Part shown: piece after piece, positions 1-12,109 of the stretch
Numbering within the stretch: position 1 is the first letter of the stretch
Layout of the letters: each line of letters begins with the position of its first letter
NCBI GenBank assembly: GCA_965216315.1
Contig: CBDCFN010000016.1
Span: 1,248,001 to 1,312,000 of the forward strand
Reading direction: 5' to 3'
Origin: a bacterium
Lineage (GTDB): Bacteria; UBA10199; 2-02-FULL-50-16; JAJFLM01
DNA length: 64,000 bases
Position numbers and translations under genes: made by a program
The notes under the pieces: generated by a model
The model's input: only the letters and a program-made list of their open reading frames with translations
What the model was told of the DNA's origin: nothing
Database searches by the model: none

Positions 1-1884
1 TATGATGCCGCGCTTAAAGGGACCATGGAGGTCTTTAAGCCGGTCTTGGCCACGATTATGACCACGGCACTTGCCTTTGCGCCTCTCCTCGTCATGACAG
101 GAGTAATGGGCCGCTTTATTTTTGTCATTCCTGTCGTCGTTATCGCGGCACTCTTTGGATCATTCATCGATTGCTTCTTTATTCTACCCAATCATTTATA
201 TCATTCGACGGCGAACTTGGGTGCGAGCGAACAGGGATGGCGCGGTCGTTTATTTGAAACGATTGTTAAGCCCTATAAGGTGATCTTGGCGCAGGTATTG
301 CGCTGGCGCTATGCTTTTATTGCAATGAGTCTGCTTATGTTGGTTTTTTCACTATGGTGGGGAAAGACACAAGTTGGCATGAATCTATTTCCGCCTGATG
401 GAGCGAATAAATTTTTTGTCTATCTCGAGCTCGATAAATCGGTCACCTTTGACAAAACGGATGAGGCGGTACATCAAATTGAGACGGCTTTGAGTGAGCT
501 GCCGAAACATGAAGTGGACTACTATACTGCACGTATTGGCACGGATCAGTCCGATCCCTTAATGGTGCAAACGGGTGGTGAGGAAAACCTAGCCTATCTC
601 GAAGTAACTTTATCTCAGATATCAGAGCGGGATCGGGAAGCCGATGAGATTATGGCTGAAGTACGCAATAAAGTGGAGAAAGTGGTTCAGGCCAAAGAGC
701 TGCGTTTTGAAGTGGAAAAGCCCGGGCCGCCGGCCGGGACACCGATTGAATTTCACGTTCACGCCGATAATGACAAAGAGCGCATGTTTTTTGTCAATCG
801 GATGGTAGAAGATTTGAAAGTGATGAAGGGAGTCAGTGATATCTCGACGACACATAAGATCGGGCGGGAAGAGTACAAGCTTGATATCGACTATGATCTG
901 CTGGCGGCAGCGGCACTGACGGTCAACGACGTTGCCTCGACCTTACGAATTGCCTTTGATGGAATCGATGCAACCTCGATTGTTAGGGATAATGAGGAGA
1001 TAAAAATACGCGTTCGTTTTCCAGAGCAATACCGGCGTAATGTCCGCAATGTCCTGGAACTGAATATTCGCAATGCAAATGGCAAGCTGATTCCGGTCAA
1101 GAGTTTTGCAAGTCTGGTTACGACGCGCGCGGAATCATCCATCCACCATACCGATGGGGATGTGACGACGACAATACGTGCCCAAACAGATGGTGTTTCT
1201 ATTCTTCCACAAACCGCAATCAATCGCCTGGTTAAAAAGTATACGCCGGAACTTGAAAAATATTCTGACGTGAGCTTTTCTTATGGAGGGGAGGCCGAAA
1301 AGACTCAAGAGTCGATGCAATCATTGATGATTGCCTTCATTGGCGGTTTTATCGCGATCTATCTGATTCTGACGCTCCTGTTTAATTCTCTGAGTCAGCC
1401 GGTTCTCATCTTGAGTGCGATTCCCTTTGGGCTAATCGGGGTTGTTTGGACCTTCTACTTTCATGGCCGGCCCTTTTCATTTTTAGCTCTTATTGGAGTG
1501 GTGGGCCTGAGCGGTGTTGTTGTTAATGATTCGCTTGTTATGGTGGATTTTATTAACAATGTCGTCAGGCCCAAGATCAAAGAAGTGGTCAAACCCTGTC
1601 GTGAGCTGATTCCTTTGGTCGTAAAGGGGGCGGGACGACGTTTACGGCCGGTTATCATCACGACGGTCACTACTGTTGTGGCGCTGTTCCCTACGGCTTA
1701 CGGAATAGGCGGATCAGATCCTTTTATTGAGCCGATGGTACTTGCAGTCGCTTGGGGGCTGGTATTTGCAACGGTGTTGACATTATTCTTAATTCCTTGT
1801 CTTTACTTGGTGAATGTAGATGTAGCAAATGCTTACAAGGCATGTATTAAGCGCATCGTCAGAAGGGGAACTGCTGAGAAATGA
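1..1884 (+). CDS. RND efflux permease, AcrB/AcrD/AcrF family (5' partial)
   Basis: Frame open from base 1. RND motifs PVLATIMTT, GVVVNDSLVMVD and RLRPVIITTVTT; multiple TM segments. Confidence 0.9.
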   Translation, partial: YDAALKGTMEVFKPVLATIMTTALAFAPLLVMTGVMGRFIFVIPVVVIAALFGSFIDCFFILPNHLYHSTANLGASEQGWRGRLFETIVKPYKVILAQVLRWRYAFIAMSLLMLVFSLWWGKTQVGMNLFPPDGANKFFVYLELDKSVTFDKTDEAVHQIETALSELPKHEVDYYTARIGTDQSDPLMVQTGGEENLAYLEVTLSQISERDREADEIMAEVRNKVEKVVQAKELRFEVEKPGPPAGTPIEFHVHADNDKERMFFVNRMVEDLKVMKGVSDISTTHKIGREEYKLDIDYDLLAAAALTVNDVASTLRIAFDGIDATSIVRDNEEIKIRVRFPEQYRRNVRNVLELNIRNANGKLIPVKSFASLVTTRAESSIHHTDGDVTTTIRAQTDGVSILPQTAINRLVKKYTPELEKYSDVSFSYGGEAEKTQESMQSLMIAFIGGFIAIYLILTLLFNSLSQPVLILSAIPFGLIGVVWTFYFHGRPFSFLALIGVVGLSGVVVNDSLVMVDFINNVVRPKIKEVVKPCRELIPLVVKGAGRRLRPVIITTVTTVVALFPTAYGIGGSDPFIEPMVLAVAWGLVFATVLTLFLIPCLYLVNVDVANAYKACIKRIVRRGTAEK

Positions 1885-2381
1885 ATAAGCTGAAAATTAA
1901 TCGCGAAACACGGCGACTTCGCTCTGCTTTATACAATCCGTTTGTCGCTTATCTTATTGTTGTTGGGAATATCATCTTGATCGGAACGACAGTGGCTTTC
2001 TATTATATAGAGAAAGGTGTTAACCCGCATGTTACCAACTATTTTGATAGTTTTTGGTGGGGCGTGACGACAATCACGACAGTGGGTTACGGAGACATTA
2101 TTCCTATGACAACGGGAGGGCGCATTGTTGGCACGGTGTTGATGTATTCCGGGACGGTTCTATTTGTTTCTATTATCGGGGTGATTGTCTCCATCTGGAT
2201 GCGTGAAGAGGTCGAGCGCGAAGTGTATCCGCTCAAGCAGGATGTCGAAGAAGTCAGTCAAGAGATAGCTCCGATGGAACGAGAGCTGGAGATTCAGGAA
2301 GCGGGCCAGGAGCGCATTATTAGAATGCTTGAAAAGGTGGATAGGCGTTTGGAGAAATTAGAAAAAAAAGATAATGCCTAA
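1881..2381 (+). CDS. Two-TM potassium channel protein (KcsA-like)
   Basis: Selectivity filter TTVGYGD flanked by two TM helices; C-terminal coiled coil. Confidence 0.9.
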   Translation: MNKLKINRETRRLRSALYNPFVAYLIVVGNIILIGTTVAFYYIEKGVNPHVTNYFDSFWWGVTTITTVGYGDIIPMTTGGRIVGTVLMYSGTVLFVSIIGVIVSIWMREEVEREVYPLKQDVEEVSQEIAPMERELEIQEAGQERIIRMLEKVDRRLEKLEKKDNA

Positions 2382-3546
2382 GTTGCGCTATAAAGGTGTT
2401 CTATTTTTCCTATTCTTTCTCGCCGGATTTCTTTGCTCCGGAACCCTTTGGGCAGAAGCGAGTCTTTCAATCCAAAAAGGGCCTTATCTGCTATTAAAAT
2501 CTAATGAGTTGCTCGTGCGCGTTGAAGAAAAAAATCTCAAAGCCCCCCGTCTGGAGTGGAAATTGAGAAGTGAATCTCGCAGCCTGCCGATGTTGCCGGT
2601 TCGAGGTGATCTCTGGGAAGGACGTATCACCGCAACGCATTCTCTGAAAAGCTATCAGGTTGTCGAAGGCGATGCATCGACCGGTTGGATACCGATCGCC
2701 GGTTTGAATCCGAAGGCAAAGTCACTACGTTTTGTTGCTTATGGAGACAATCGTTCGGGATACGGTAAAGGCGAGACGCATGAGCAAATTCTTCAGCAGG
2801 TCAGGCTGGAACAACCTTCATTTATCCTTAATACGGGAGATGTTGTATTTAGGGGAAATAACGAGCTTCATTGGAATAGCTATTTCAAAGAGGGCCGAGG
2901 TGTTTTCGATCGCGTTCTCCAGTTTCCTGCTATGGGAAATCATGATCGCTCGCGTAAGCATCGCTTTGCAGAATTGTTTCCCTTGGGTCGCCAGGATGCC
3001 AATTATTATGCCTTTCGTTACGGGCCGGCTTATTTCATTGTACTCGACAGCACGGAATCATACCGTCGCGGGTCCAAGCAGTATAATTTTTTAAAACAAG
3101 AGCTTGAAGCCTGGCATAAAAAGTTGCCCATCATCATCAGTTTGCATCACCCGCCCTTTAGCACCGGAAAACATGGGTCGACCCGTCAGGTCATTAAGTA
3201 TCTCGTCCCTTTATTCGAAAATTACGGGGTAGCCGTCGTGTTGGCCGGCCATGACCATAATTATCAGCGTATCGGACCCATTAATGGCGTCCTTTATATA
3301 GTGACGGGGGGCGGAGGTGGTCCGCTCTACAAGTTTGCGCCTCATCCCTTCGTCAAGAATGCTCAGCGAGAGTTCCACTATCTGCTCTTCGAGATTAAGG
3401 GGGATCACCTCCTTGGTTGGATGAAAAATAAAGTCGGTGTTGTCGTCGATGAATTTGATCTTAAATTGACTTTAACGGCGGTTCCACGTGAGAAGCGCGA
3501 GCAGTTGCCGAAGCTACCAAATTCTCGGTTTCGTTTCTTTCATTAA
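2374..3546 (+). CDS. Secreted metallophosphoesterase (purple acid phosphatase-like)
   Basis: Signal peptide; YGD, TGDV, GNHD, HHPP and GHDHNY motifs. Confidence 0.85.
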   Translation: MPKLRYKGVLFFLFFLAGFLCSGTLWAEASLSIQKGPYLLLKSNELLVRVEEKNLKAPRLEWKLRSESRSLPMLPVRGDLWEGRITATHSLKSYQVVEGDASTGWIPIAGLNPKAKSLRFVAYGDNRSGYGKGETHEQILQQVRLEQPSFILNTGDVVFRGNNELHWNSYFKEGRGVFDRVLQFPAMGNHDRSRKHRFAELFPLGRQDANYYAFRYGPAYFIVLDSTESYRRGSKQYNFLKQELEAWHKKLPIIISLHHPPFSTGKHGSTRQVIKYLVPLFENYGVAVVLAGHDHNYQRIGPINGVLYIVTGGGGGPLYKFAPHPFVKNAQREFHYLLFEIKGDHLLGWMKNKVGVVVDEFDLKLTLTAVPREKREQLPKLPNSRFRFFH

Positions 3547-3681
3547 AGAAACGCTTTGTTCAACCGCCCCAATGTGGGGACTGCACACCCCAGATTTTGC
3601 TTCCGTCGAAGCGTTAAGCAAAACGGATAAATAATAATCATTTAAAAACAAATAGTTACGGACTCCATTCTCTATGGCTAA

Positions 3682-3697
3682 TGGCATTGTTATTGCA
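3682..3697 (+). promoter_or_regulatory. Sigma54 -24/-12 promoter
   Basis: TGGCATTGTTATTGCA fits GG-N10-GC, just upstream of ORF 3711. Confidence 0.65.
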
Positions 3698-3710
3698 GAG
3701 TTAAGAAGGT

Positions 3711-3959
3711 ATGAAACGCTTACTCACCGGACTTGCTTTATTCGCCTTGCTGCTGACGGGGATGAGTTCGGCCTTTGCCGCAACCGACAAACTGTCTGAG
3801 TTGCCGGAAACGAAAAAAAATTCCGTCTATGCAGAAGGAACCCTCATTCATGGTCTGATCAAGGCTCCGGATGCTCTCTCCGTTCGTTTCAGTCCAAACG
3901 TCCGTTTCGGTGTCGCACCTAGCAAGAAACAACAGGTCGCGATGAAGATTTCCTTCTAA
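3711..3959 (+). CDS. Small secreted hypothetical protein
   Basis: RBS-like AAGAAGG; Sec signal peptide ending AFA. Confidence 0.65.
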   Translation: MKRLLTGLALFALLLTGMSSAFAATDKLSELPETKKNSVYAEGTLIHGLIKAPDALSVRFSPNVRFGVAPSKKQQVAMKISF

Positions 3960-3997
3960 TTTGCGCAGAGGCGTGATTTGATAGGCTTAGGTAGCCT

Positions 3998-6900
3998 ATG
4001 GAATCGATTCAGCCCTACGAACCCAAACACAAAATCCGCGTCGTTACCGCCGCGTCGCTTTTTGATGGTCATGATGCCTCGATTAATATCATGCGCCGTA
4101 TTGTCCAGGCGACAGGGGCGGAGGTTATCCATCTAGGACACAATCGCGCGGCCCAGGAAGTCGTCGAGTGTGCGATTCAGGAAGATGCCAACGCCATCGC
4201 CCTGACATCCTATCAAGGCGGCCACACCGAATATTTTAAGTACATGTATGATCTCTTGAATGAACGGCAATGTGGTCATATCCGCATCTTTGGCGGCGGT
4301 GGCGGCGTTATCCTGCCTGAAGAAATCAAGGAACTTCATCAATATGGGATCACGAGGGTCTATTCGCCGGATGACGGTCGCGCACTCGGTCTGCAAGGGA
4401 TGATCAACGACATGTTGGAGAAGTCGGATTTTCCGACAGGGCGAGACGTGGCGGATGAGGTTGACTTGCTCGATAAACGAAATGCACGCGCGATCGCACG
4501 TTTGATCTCCGCCGCCGAAAATTATCCGGAAGAAAATCGCGATCTATTTGGCAAGATCCGGAAGCTGGCCGCAATAAAATCGGTTCCGGTGCTAGGCATA
4601 ACCGGAACGGGCGGTGCCGGCAAATCATCATTGATTGACGAATTTGTGCGCCGCTTTCTCCATGAATTTTCGGACAAGAATATTGCTATTTTATCGGTTG
4701 ATCCCTCACGCCGCAAGACAGGCGGTGCTTTATTAGGGGATCGTATCCGCATGAATGCGATCCACGATTCACGTGTTTACATGCGTTCGCTGGCAACGCG
4801 TCAGGCCAACTTGGCACTCTCCGCGCATATTGGCGATGCGATTCATATTCTTAAGGCCGCTCATTATGATCTGATTGTATTGGAAACATCGGGCATCGGT
4901 CAGTCGGATACGGAAATTACGGAACATGCGGATATCTCGTTGTACGTGATGACACCGGACTATGGCGCTGCAACTCAACTCGAAAAAATTGATATGCTCG
5001 ATTTTGCTGACGTCATTGCCCTCAATAAGTTTGATAAACGCGGCGCGGCGGATGCCCTACGGGATGTTCGTAAGCAATATAAGCGGAATAAAAAGCTCTG
5101 GGAAGGTGCGGATGAAGATATCCCCGTGTTCGCAACGATTGCCTCACAGTTTAACGATCCGGGGATGAATCGACTCTATAAGGCCCTGATGGATCATTTA
5201 GTGACCAAGACCAAGGTCGACCTTAGATCGTCTTTCGAAATAGGCACGGAGGAGTCGGAGAAGGTCTATATTATCCCGCCGGAACGCACTCGCTATCTTG
5301 CGGACATTAGTGAGACGGTAAGGCAATACAATCAACGCGTGGAAAGTCAGGCACGCATTGCCCAACAGCTCTATGGCGTGCGCCAAGCAATGGAAGTTGC
5401 GGAAGGGGACACGGATGAAACGGCTGCTGAGGGTCAAGCGTATCTGGAGAAAAAAGCCAGCCAACTTGAACAGCAGCTTGCTGACAAAAATAAGCTGATA
5501 CTTGAGCAATGGGAGGAGAAGAAAGCGGCTTATCGCGAGCCAGTGCATACTTTTCGCGTTCGCGCTAAGGATATCCAAATCACGACGCATACGGAAAGTT
5601 TATCTCATCTAGATATCCCTAAGATCGCGATGCCGACCTATAAAGCCTGGGGCGACCTTCTTAAATGGTCGCTACAGGAAAATGTTCCCGGCGAATTCCC
5701 TTATACGGCGGGTGTTTTTCCTTTTAAGCGGGAGGAAGAAGACCCGACCCGTATGTTTGCGGGTGAAGGAGGGCCGGAACGAACCAATAAGCGTTTCCAC
5801 TATGTGTCGCTAGAGATGCCGGCTAAAAGGCTTTCCACAGCCTTTGATTCCGTAACGCTTTACGGCGAGGATCCTGATTTTCGTCCCGATATTTACGGAA
5901 AAATAGGTAACGCGGGGGTTTCGATTTGTTGTTTGGATGATGCCAAAAAGCTGTATTCAGGATTTCATCTGATCGATCCCAAAACGTCGGTTTCCATGAC
6001 AATTAATGGCCCCGCTCCGATGATTGCGGCCTTCTTTATGAATGCGGCGACGGATCAGCAGTGTGAAGTCTACATTAGAGAGCAGGGGCTGGTTAAAGAG
6101 GTTGAGGCGAAAATCACAGCGCTCTATGAAAAGGATCCTAAGTTGCGCCCTCAGTATCGAGGTGAACTCCCGAAGGGAAATGACGGTCTCGGACTGTTAC
6201 TGCTGGGCGTGACGGGAGATCAGGTTCTGGAGCGCGAGGTTTACGAAAAAATCAAAGCCGATACGCTCCACAAAGTTCGCGGAACCGTGCAGGCCGACAT
6301 CCTCAAAGAAGATCAGGCCCAAAACACATGTATCTTCGGAACCGAGTTTGCCCTCAAAATGATGGGGGACATGCAAGAATATTTTATTCATAATAATGTC
6401 CGGAATTTTTACTCGGTTTCCATTTCGGGGTACCACATTGCCGAAGCCGGCGCCAATCCGATTACACAATTGGCCTTTACGCTCGCCAACGGTTTTACCT
6501 TTGTTGAGTATTACCTTTCGCGTGGGATGAATATTGATGATTTTGCTCCGAATCTTTCTTTCTTTTTTTCGAATGGGATTGATGCCGAATATGCGGTGAT
6601 TGGCCGGGTGGCCCGGCGCATTTGGGCCAAGGCGATGCGGGATAAATATGGAGCCAACGAGCGCTCCCAAAAACTCAAATACCATATTCAGACCTCCGGA
6701 CGCTCACTTCATGCCCAGGAGATCAGCTTTAATGACATCCGTACAACTCTGCAGGCCCTTTATGCGATCTTCGACAACTGTAATTCACTCCATACGAATG
6801 CCTACGATGAGGCGATCACGACCCCGACAGAAGAATCCGTGCGGCGTGCCATGGCGATACAGCTGATTATCAATAAAGAGCTGGGCTTAAGTAAGAATCA

Positions 6901-7378
6901 AAATCCTTTTCAGGGTTCTTTTGTGATTGAGGAGCTTACCGACCTGGTCGAGGAGGCTGTCATGGCGGAGTTCGATCGTATTACGGAGCGAGGCGGGGTG
7001 CTCGGTGCAATGGAGACGATGTATCAACGGAATCAGATCCAAGAAGAATCATTGTACTATGAGAACCTCAAGCTGTCGGGTGAGTATCCCATCGTGGGGG
7101 TGAACACGTTTCTTTCGAAAGAAGGCTCACCGACCGTGATTCCGAAGGAAGTGATTCGTTCGACCGATGAGGAGAAAAAAGGGCAGATTGCGACCTTGCA
7201 GGCCTTGCATCAACATCATGGCGAGAGATCCACGGTTGAATTAAAGCAGCTCCAAGAAGTCGCGGTTCACAATGGCAATATTTTTGAACAGTTGATGCAA
7301 ACCGTTAAATACGCTTCTTTAGGCCAAATTACCCATGCCCTTTACGAGGTCGGCGGGCAGTATCGTCGGAATATGTAA
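3998..7378 (+). CDS. icmF: Fused isobutyryl-CoA mutase / MeaB-like GTPase
   Basis: B12-binding DGHD motif, GTPase GTGGAGKS, mutase TIM-barrel motifs ([28 protein letters not shown]). Confidence 0.93.
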   Translation: MESIQPYEPKHKIRVVTAASLFDGHDASINIMRRIVQATGAEVIHLGHNRAAQEVVECAIQEDANAIALTSYQGGHTEYFKYMYDLLNERQCGHIRIFGGGGGVILPEEIKELHQYGITRVYSPDDGRALGLQGMINDMLEKSDFPTGRDVADEVDLLDKRNARAIARLISAAENYPEENRDLFGKIRKLAAIKSVPVLGITGTGGAGKSSLIDEFVRRFLHEFSDKNIAILSVDPSRRKTGGALLGDRIRMNAIHDSRVYMRSLATRQANLALSAHIGDAIHILKAAHYDLIVLETSGIGQSDTEITEHADISLYVMTPDYGAATQLEKIDMLDFADVIALNKFDKRGAADALRDVRKQYKRNKKLWEGADEDIPVFATIASQFNDPGMNRLYKALMDHLVTKTKVDLRSSFEIGTEESEKVYIIPPERTRYLADISETVRQYNQRVESQARIAQQLYGVRQAMEVAEGDTDETAAEGQAYLEKKASQLEQQLADKNKLILEQWEEKKAAYREPVHTFRVRAKDIQITTHTESLSHLDIPKIAMPTYKAWGDLLKWSLQENVPGEFPYTAGVFPFKREEEDPTRMFAGEGGPERTNKRFHYVSLEMPAKRLSTAFDSVTLYGEDPDFRPDIYGKIGNAGVSICCLDDAKKLYSGFHLIDPKTSVSMTINGPAPMIAAFFMNAATDQQCEVYIREQGLVKEVEAKITALYEKDPKLRPQYRGELPKGNDGLGLLLLGVTGDQVLEREVYEKIKADTLHKVRGTVQADILKEDQAQNTCIFGTEFALKMMGDMQEYFIHNNVRNFYSVSISGYHIAEAGANPITQLAFTLANGFTFVEYYLSRGMNIDDFAPNLSFFFSNGIDAEYAVIGRVARRIWAKAMRDKYGANERSQKLKYHIQTSGRSLHAQEISFNDIRTTLQALYAIFDNCNSLHTNAYDEAITTPTEESVRRAMAIQLIINKELGLSKNQNPFQGSFVIEELTDLVEEAVMAEFDRITERGGVLGAMETMYQRNQIQEESLYYENLKLSGEYPIVGVNTFLSKEGSPTVIPKEVIRSTDEEKKGQIATLQALHQHHGERSTVELKQLQEVAVHNGNIFEQLMQTVKYASLGQITHALYEVGGQYRRNM

Positions 7379-7384
7379 AGGGAT

Positions 7385-8479
7385 TCAATAGGTGGCTAAG
7401 CTGATCGGCAAACGCCTCGGTCCCCAATCACCGGGAGGGCCTTGAAAGACACCGGCGCAGCGGGTGCCGCACTTGCGACAGTGGCCGTCATCACTGAGCT
7501 TCCATTCCCCGAGTTGATACCAGTCTCTTGAGATAAGTTTTTCACCGCATTCATGACAGTAGGTGCTGTCGCCGGCCTCGTTATGGACGTTGCCGACGTA
7601 GGCGTAATGAAGCCCGGTCTTAAGGGCGATATCACGAGCGCGTAACAAGGTAGAGGACGGCGTCGATTTTTTATCCCGCATTTTATAATCCGGGTGAAAG
7701 GCCGTGAAATGAATTGGAACGTCGGGGCCTAACTTTGTAATGATCCACTCGCACATGGCAGTGATTTCTTCCGATGAATCGTTTTCATCCGGTATGAGTA
7801 GCGTGGTGAGCTCAAACCAGACGTCGGTTTGATGTTTGAGGTATTCGAGTGTCTCGAGCACAGGTTGCAATTCTGATTTGCAGACGCGTTGATAAAAGGA
7901 CTCGGTGAAGGCCTTGAGGTCTATATTGGCCGCATCCATGTGTTGGTAGAACTCCCGGCGGGGCGCGGCGTTGATATAGCCGGCGGTAACGGCAACGGCC
8001 TTGATATCGCGCTCACGGCAGGCATCGGCGACGTCGATTGCATATTCCATAAAAATCACCGGATCATTATAAGTGAACGCGACGCTGCGACAATTCAACT
8101 CCGCTGCAACGCGGGCAATTTTTTCCGGGGAGGCCTGGTCGGCCAGGGTATCAAATTCACGCGATTTGCTGATATCCCAATTCTGGCAGAACGAGCAGGC
8201 CAGATTACAGCCGGCGGTGCCAAATGAGAGTACCGGAGTACCGGGGAGAAAATGATTGAGCGGCTTTTTTTCGATCGGATCGATGCAAAAGCCGCTGGAG
8301 CGCCCATAAGTCGTCAGCACCACTTGATCTTGATCGGCGGCGCGCACGAAGCACATACCGCGCTGGCCATTTTTCATCTTGCAGGCGCGCGGACAGACAT
8401 CACACTGGACGCGGCCGTCCGGGAGTCGGTGCCAATAATGCGTTGGCGTCGTATTCGTGATCAGGCCCACATTCTTCAT
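7385..8479 (-). CDS. amrS: AmmeMemoRadiSam system radical SAM enzyme
   Basis: CxxCPxxC N-terminus, DPIEKKPL, CNLACSFC radical SAM motif; divergent from amrB/amrA. Start uncertain (8479 ATG chosen). Confidence 0.88.
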   Translation of the reverse strand: MKNVGLITNTTPTHYWHRLPDGRVQCDVCPRACKMKNGQRGMCFVRAADQDQVVLTTYGRSSGFCIDPIEKKPLNHFLPGTPVLSFGTAGCNLACSFCQNWDISKSREFDTLADQASPEKIARVAAELNCRSVAFTYNDPVIFMEYAIDVADACRERDIKAVAVTAGYINAAPRREFYQHMDAANIDLKAFTESFYQRVCKSELQPVLETLEYLKHQTDVWFELTTLLIPDENDSSEEITAMCEWIITKLGPDVPIHFTAFHPDYKMRDKKSTPSSTLLRARDIALKTGLHYAYVGNVHNEAGDSTYCHECGEKLISRDWYQLGEWKLSDDGHCRKCGTRCAGVFQGPPGDWGPRRLPISLATY

Positions 8480-8556
8480 ATTTATATATGATAAACGGAT
8501 AAGGTATTGGGTCAATAGCCCTTTGCAAAGCGGCGGAAGAGGATTATTCTACGTCT

Positions 8557-9342
8557 ATGGGACGAAGAGCTGCCGCCGTAGCGGGTCAATTCTATCCAGG
8601 CGATGCTCAAGCGCTGAAACGCCAAGTCGACGGCTTTCTGGCTCGGGCCGAAGATCGCGGGTTGAGGCCGAAGGCCATCATTGGGCCTCATGCCGGGACG
8701 ATCTATTCGGGCCCTATTGCCGCCTCAGCCTATATCAACCTCCGATCGCTCCGCGGAACTATCAAGCGGGTCGTCTTGCTCGGGCCGGCTCATTACGTCC
8801 CGCTCGAGGGGTTGGCGGCAAGCACGGCGGAAGCCTTTACGACGCCGCTGGGCGAGATTCCATTGGATCAGGAGACGCTGCGGAATCTCGAAGCGTTTAA
8901 ACAAGTGAATTTTGTCGATAAGGCCCATCGACCGGAACATAGTCTGGAATTGCATCTGCCCTTTTTGCAAGAGACCCTGGGGGACTTTCAATTAGTGCCA
9001 TTGGTCGTCGGCGCGTGCGAACCTGAGGATGTTGCGGAGGTGCTTGAACAAGTCTGGGGCGGGGAGGAGACACTTATCGTGATCAGCTCGGATCTCAGTC
9101 ATTACCTTCCTTATGAAATGGCACGTCAACTCGATGGGCAGACCACACGGGCAATCGAGGAGCTCCATTGGGAGGAACTGGCGCATGATCAGGCCTGTGG
9201 TTATTATGCGGTCCGGGGGCTCTTGCAGGCCGCACGCGACCATAAAATGAAGGTGACAACCGTGGATCTAAGGAACTCCGGTGATACGGCGGGGACTAAA
9301 GAAGGCGTGGTGGGGTATGGGGCCTATCTTTTCACGGAATAA
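8557..9342 (+). CDS. amrB: AmmeMemoRadiSam system protein B (MEMO1 family)
   Basis: AVAGQFYP, PHAG, EHSLE, SSDLSHY, VVGYG motifs. Confidence 0.9.
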   Translation: MGRRAAAVAGQFYPGDAQALKRQVDGFLARAEDRGLRPKAIIGPHAGTIYSGPIAASAYINLRSLRGTIKRVVLLGPAHYVPLEGLAASTAEAFTTPLGEIPLDQETLRNLEAFKQVNFVDKAHRPEHSLELHLPFLQETLGDFQLVPLVVGACEPEDVAEVLEQVWGGEETLIVISSDLSHYLPYEMARQLDGQTTRAIEELHWEELAHDQACGYYAVRGLLQAARDHKMKVTTVDLRNSGDTAGTKEGVVGYGAYLFTE

Positions 9343-9919
9343 TCCGCCAAGCTCGCATGAGGAACTCGCTGACGAGGATAAGCAAGCACTTATTCACGTC
9401 GCACGTCGTTCCATTGAGCATGGATTGGAGACGGGTCATCCCTTTGTTCCGGATCCCGCAGACTATGCCCCGCCGTTGCAGGCGAAACGGGCCTGTTTTG
9501 TCACCCTGATGTCAGGAGATACGTTGCGGGGCTGTATTGGCACTTTGGAGCAAGAGATGCCATTGATTATAGCCGTGGCCCAGACGGCCTATTCAGCGGC
9601 ATTTCGAGATCCTCGCATGCCGAGTGTCCAATGCGATGAGCTTGATACGATTACAATTTCTATTTCCATTCTATCCGATCTTTATCCGTTGGTATTTGAA
9701 AGTGAAAAAGAGCTGTTAGCGAAGATTCGTCCCGGGATTGACGGACTCTTGCTCAAGGAAGGGAACCGCACGGGGACACTCTTGCCATCGGTGTGGGAGA
9801 ATATCAGCGATCCGGTCGAATTTCTGCAATCACTTAAAATGAAGGCGGGGCTCAATCCGTTCTATTGGTCCGATAGCCTTACCGTCGATTACTATACAAC
9901 GGAATCATTTTCAGGCTGA
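9317..9919 (+). CDS. amrA: AmmeMemoRadiSam system protein A (AMMECR1 domain)
   Basis: FVTL, LRGCIG, AAFRDPR motifs. Start uncertain. Confidence 0.88.
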   Translation: MGPIFSRNNPPSSHEELADEDKQALIHVARRSIEHGLETGHPFVPDPADYAPPLQAKRACFVTLMSGDTLRGCIGTLEQEMPLIIAVAQTAYSAAFRDPRMPSVQCDELDTITISISILSDLYPLVFESEKELLAKIRPGIDGLLLKEGNRTGTLLPSVWENISDPVEFLQSLKMKAGLNPFYWSDSLTVDYYTTESFSG

Positions 9920-10417
9920 AGACGCGGAGCGAATCGCTTTGATAAAGCGATAAGGGAGTTCACTTGAGGTTGAAAGCTTCAGCTCACTCTCCTCGATGAT
10001 TTTAAAATCATTGTGTAAGTCGATTTCCGGAAAATGAGTATCACCGGCAAAGTCTCGATCAATCAGGGTGAGATAAAGAGTTTCCGTATGGGGAAGGGCT
10101 TTTGTATAGAGTTGCGCCCCGCCGATGATAAATATTTCCTCATTCTCGGCAATATCCTTTGCATGCAAAATCTCATTCAAATTATGGATAATGGACACCC
10201 CCTGTGCCTGAAATTCCTGGTTGCGGGTCAGTACGATATTGTTCCGTCCAGGGAGCGGACGCCCGATTGATTCATAGGTTTTCCGGCCCATGACAATCGT
10301 GTGGCCCATGGTTGTCTGCTTGAAATGTTTTAGATCTTCAGGGAGATGCCAAGGCAGTTGATTCTTGTTTCCGATCACCCGATTACGGGCCATGGCGACG
10401 ATGATCGCTAGTTTCAT
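9911..10417 (-). CDS. folA: Dihydrofolate reductase
   Basis: [30 protein letters not shown]; downstream of thyA. Confidence 0.95.
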   Translation of the reverse strand: MKLAIIVAMARNRVIGNKNQLPWHLPEDLKHFKQTTMGHTIVMGRKTYESIGRPLPGRNNIVLTRNQEFQAQGVSIIHNLNEILHAKDIAENEEIFIIGGAQLYTKALPHTETLYLTLIDRDFAGDTHFPEIDLHNDFKIIEESELKLSTSSELPYRFIKAIRSASSA

Positions 10418-11196
10418 ACTGAAATAGGGGCTTTAATGCCCGGATGAGGATCATAGTTTTCCAGCGTGAAATCTTCGAAACTGAATTCAAAAATACTACT
10501 GACCTGAGGATTGAGGGTCATCGTTGGCAGTGGACGCGGCTCTCGAGATAATTGCAACTTTGTCTGTTCGATATGATTCAGATACAGATGGGCATCTCCC
10601 AAGGTGTGAACGAAGTGACCGGGCTTAAGCCGACAAACCTGGGCCATCATCAGCGTCAGCAGGGCATAGCTCGCAATGTTAAATGGGACGCCCAAAAAGC
10701 TATCCGCACTGCGTTGATAAAGCTGGCACGAGAGGCGGTCGTCGTTGTGAACATAGAATTGAAAAAAAGCATGACAGGGTGGCAGTGCCATTTTATCAAG
10801 CTCGGACACGTTCCAGGCACTCACAATATGGCGGCGCGATTGCGGATTTTCCTGAATGTCACGGACAACTTGAGCGATTTGGTCGACGCCACCCCAGTTG
10901 CGCCACTGAGAACCATACACCGGGCCCAGGTTGCCATTCTCATCTGCCCATTCATCCCAGATGGTAACCTGGTTGTCGTTTAAATACTTGATATTGGTCT
11001 CGCCCTTGAGGAACCAGAGCAACTCGTGAATGATCGATCGAAGATGGCATTTTTTTGTGGTGACGAGAGGGAATCCAGCGGCGAGATCGTAGCGGGCTTG
11101 ATAGCCAAATAGGCTTAGCGTGCCGGTACCGGTACGATCCTGACGTTCTTCGCCATGTTCCAGGATGTCGCTGAGTAATTGCAGGTACTGCTTCAT
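10414..11196 (-). CDS. thyA: Thymidylate synthase
   Basis: MKQYL start, DRTGTG, ALPPCH, YQRSAD.FLGVPFN. The ORF-track N-terminal extension is spurious. Confidence 0.95.
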   Translation of the reverse strand: MKQYLQLLSDILEHGEERQDRTGTGTLSLFGYQARYDLAAGFPLVTTKKCHLRSIIHELLWFLKGETNIKYLNDNQVTIWDEWADENGNLGPVYGSQWRNWGGVDQIAQVVRDIQENPQSRRHIVSAWNVSELDKMALPPCHAFFQFYVHNDDRLSCQLYQRSADSFLGVPFNIASYALLTLMMAQVCRLKPGHFVHTLGDAHLYLNHIEQTKLQLSREPRPLPTMTLNPQVSSIFEFSFEDFTLENYDPHPGIKAPISV

Positions 11197-11281
11197 AAGG
11201 AGGCCCTCCCGATCTCCCATAGTACGGTGCTTAGCCGGGATCAAGGGGATTTCGCGCAACGTTTTGACCCTTATCGCGAGA

Positions 11282-12109
11282 ATGCCGGTCGTAATGATTT
11301 CCGCCACTTTGGCCCCATGGCTGCCTTCCACGCTGCTGGCCTCTACCGAGGCACGCTTTGTCGCCAATTTATTTACCTTTGTCGAGACAGGCGGGCATCT
11401 CGAAGCCGGCCTGTCGGCCGGCGAGGCCCTGGAAGCGTTACGAGCCGATCCCGCCATTCTATTCAGGAGCCAACGACGCGGATTGGAAGCCTCGCTTCAA
11501 GGTCTGCATCGATTCCATCAGCAGCAGACTCAAGCGTTGTTTCCGGATGATGCCAAGTGGCAACGCGGAATCACGCAGCGTCATGGCGTTGAAATGGGTG
11601 CGTATAGGGTGAGTCATTCGTTTGCTGCCGAGCAGTATCTTCACTTGTGGATGTCTGTTTTAGAGCGGGGCGTCAGTGAGTTTGTAGGCCGGCCTTCATC
11701 CTGGCAAGAAGCGAGTCGTGTTATCGAACGCTATTACACGCGTGAAAGTCCTCAATCAGCTGCAGAAATAATTGCGATGAATAGTATACACGCACGTGAA
11801 TTAGCCTGGGTGGGGCTCGAATCTATGGCTAGTGAAATTTTCAGTTCCGCCATCGCAATGATTGAAGAAATGCCCTTGCGACATCGCGTGACGTCGCTTC
11901 GTTTAGTGATTGTTAATATTGGCGCCGTCTCCTGGAGTGTCTTGCCCAGTGGTCTGGTGCAAGGACTTTTTAAGCTGTGTTCAGGTCTGGGTAGAAACCC
12001 CATCCGCCCGCAGATTCAACGTGAAATTGTTAAGGCGATCGAGACGGCCGGCTACAAAAAATTTGCCGAAATATTTTTACGTTATTTGCCGGGAGAAAGC
12101 GAAAAGTAG
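11282..12109 (+). CDS. Hypothetical protein
   Basis: Long ORF divergent from thyA filling the gap; no recognisable motif; start uncertain. Confidence 0.55.
   Translation: MPVVMISATLAPWLPSTLLASTEARFVANLFTFVETGGHLEAGLSAGEALEALRADPAILFRSQRRGLEASLQGLHRFHQQQTQALFPDDAKWQRGITQRHGVEMGAYRVSHSFAAEQYLHLWMSVLERGVSEFVGRPSSWQEASRVIERYYTRESPQSAAEIIAMNSIHARELAWVGLESMASEIFSSAIAMIEEMPLRHRVTSLRLVIVNIGAVSWSVLPSGLVQGLFKLCSGLGRNPIRPQIQREIVKAIETAGYKKFAEIFLRYLPGESEK

Noticed and set aside
11197..11457. N-terminal extension of thyA in the ORF track
   Set aside because: ThyA similarity begins at MKQYL (11196); the extension overlaps the divergent gene.
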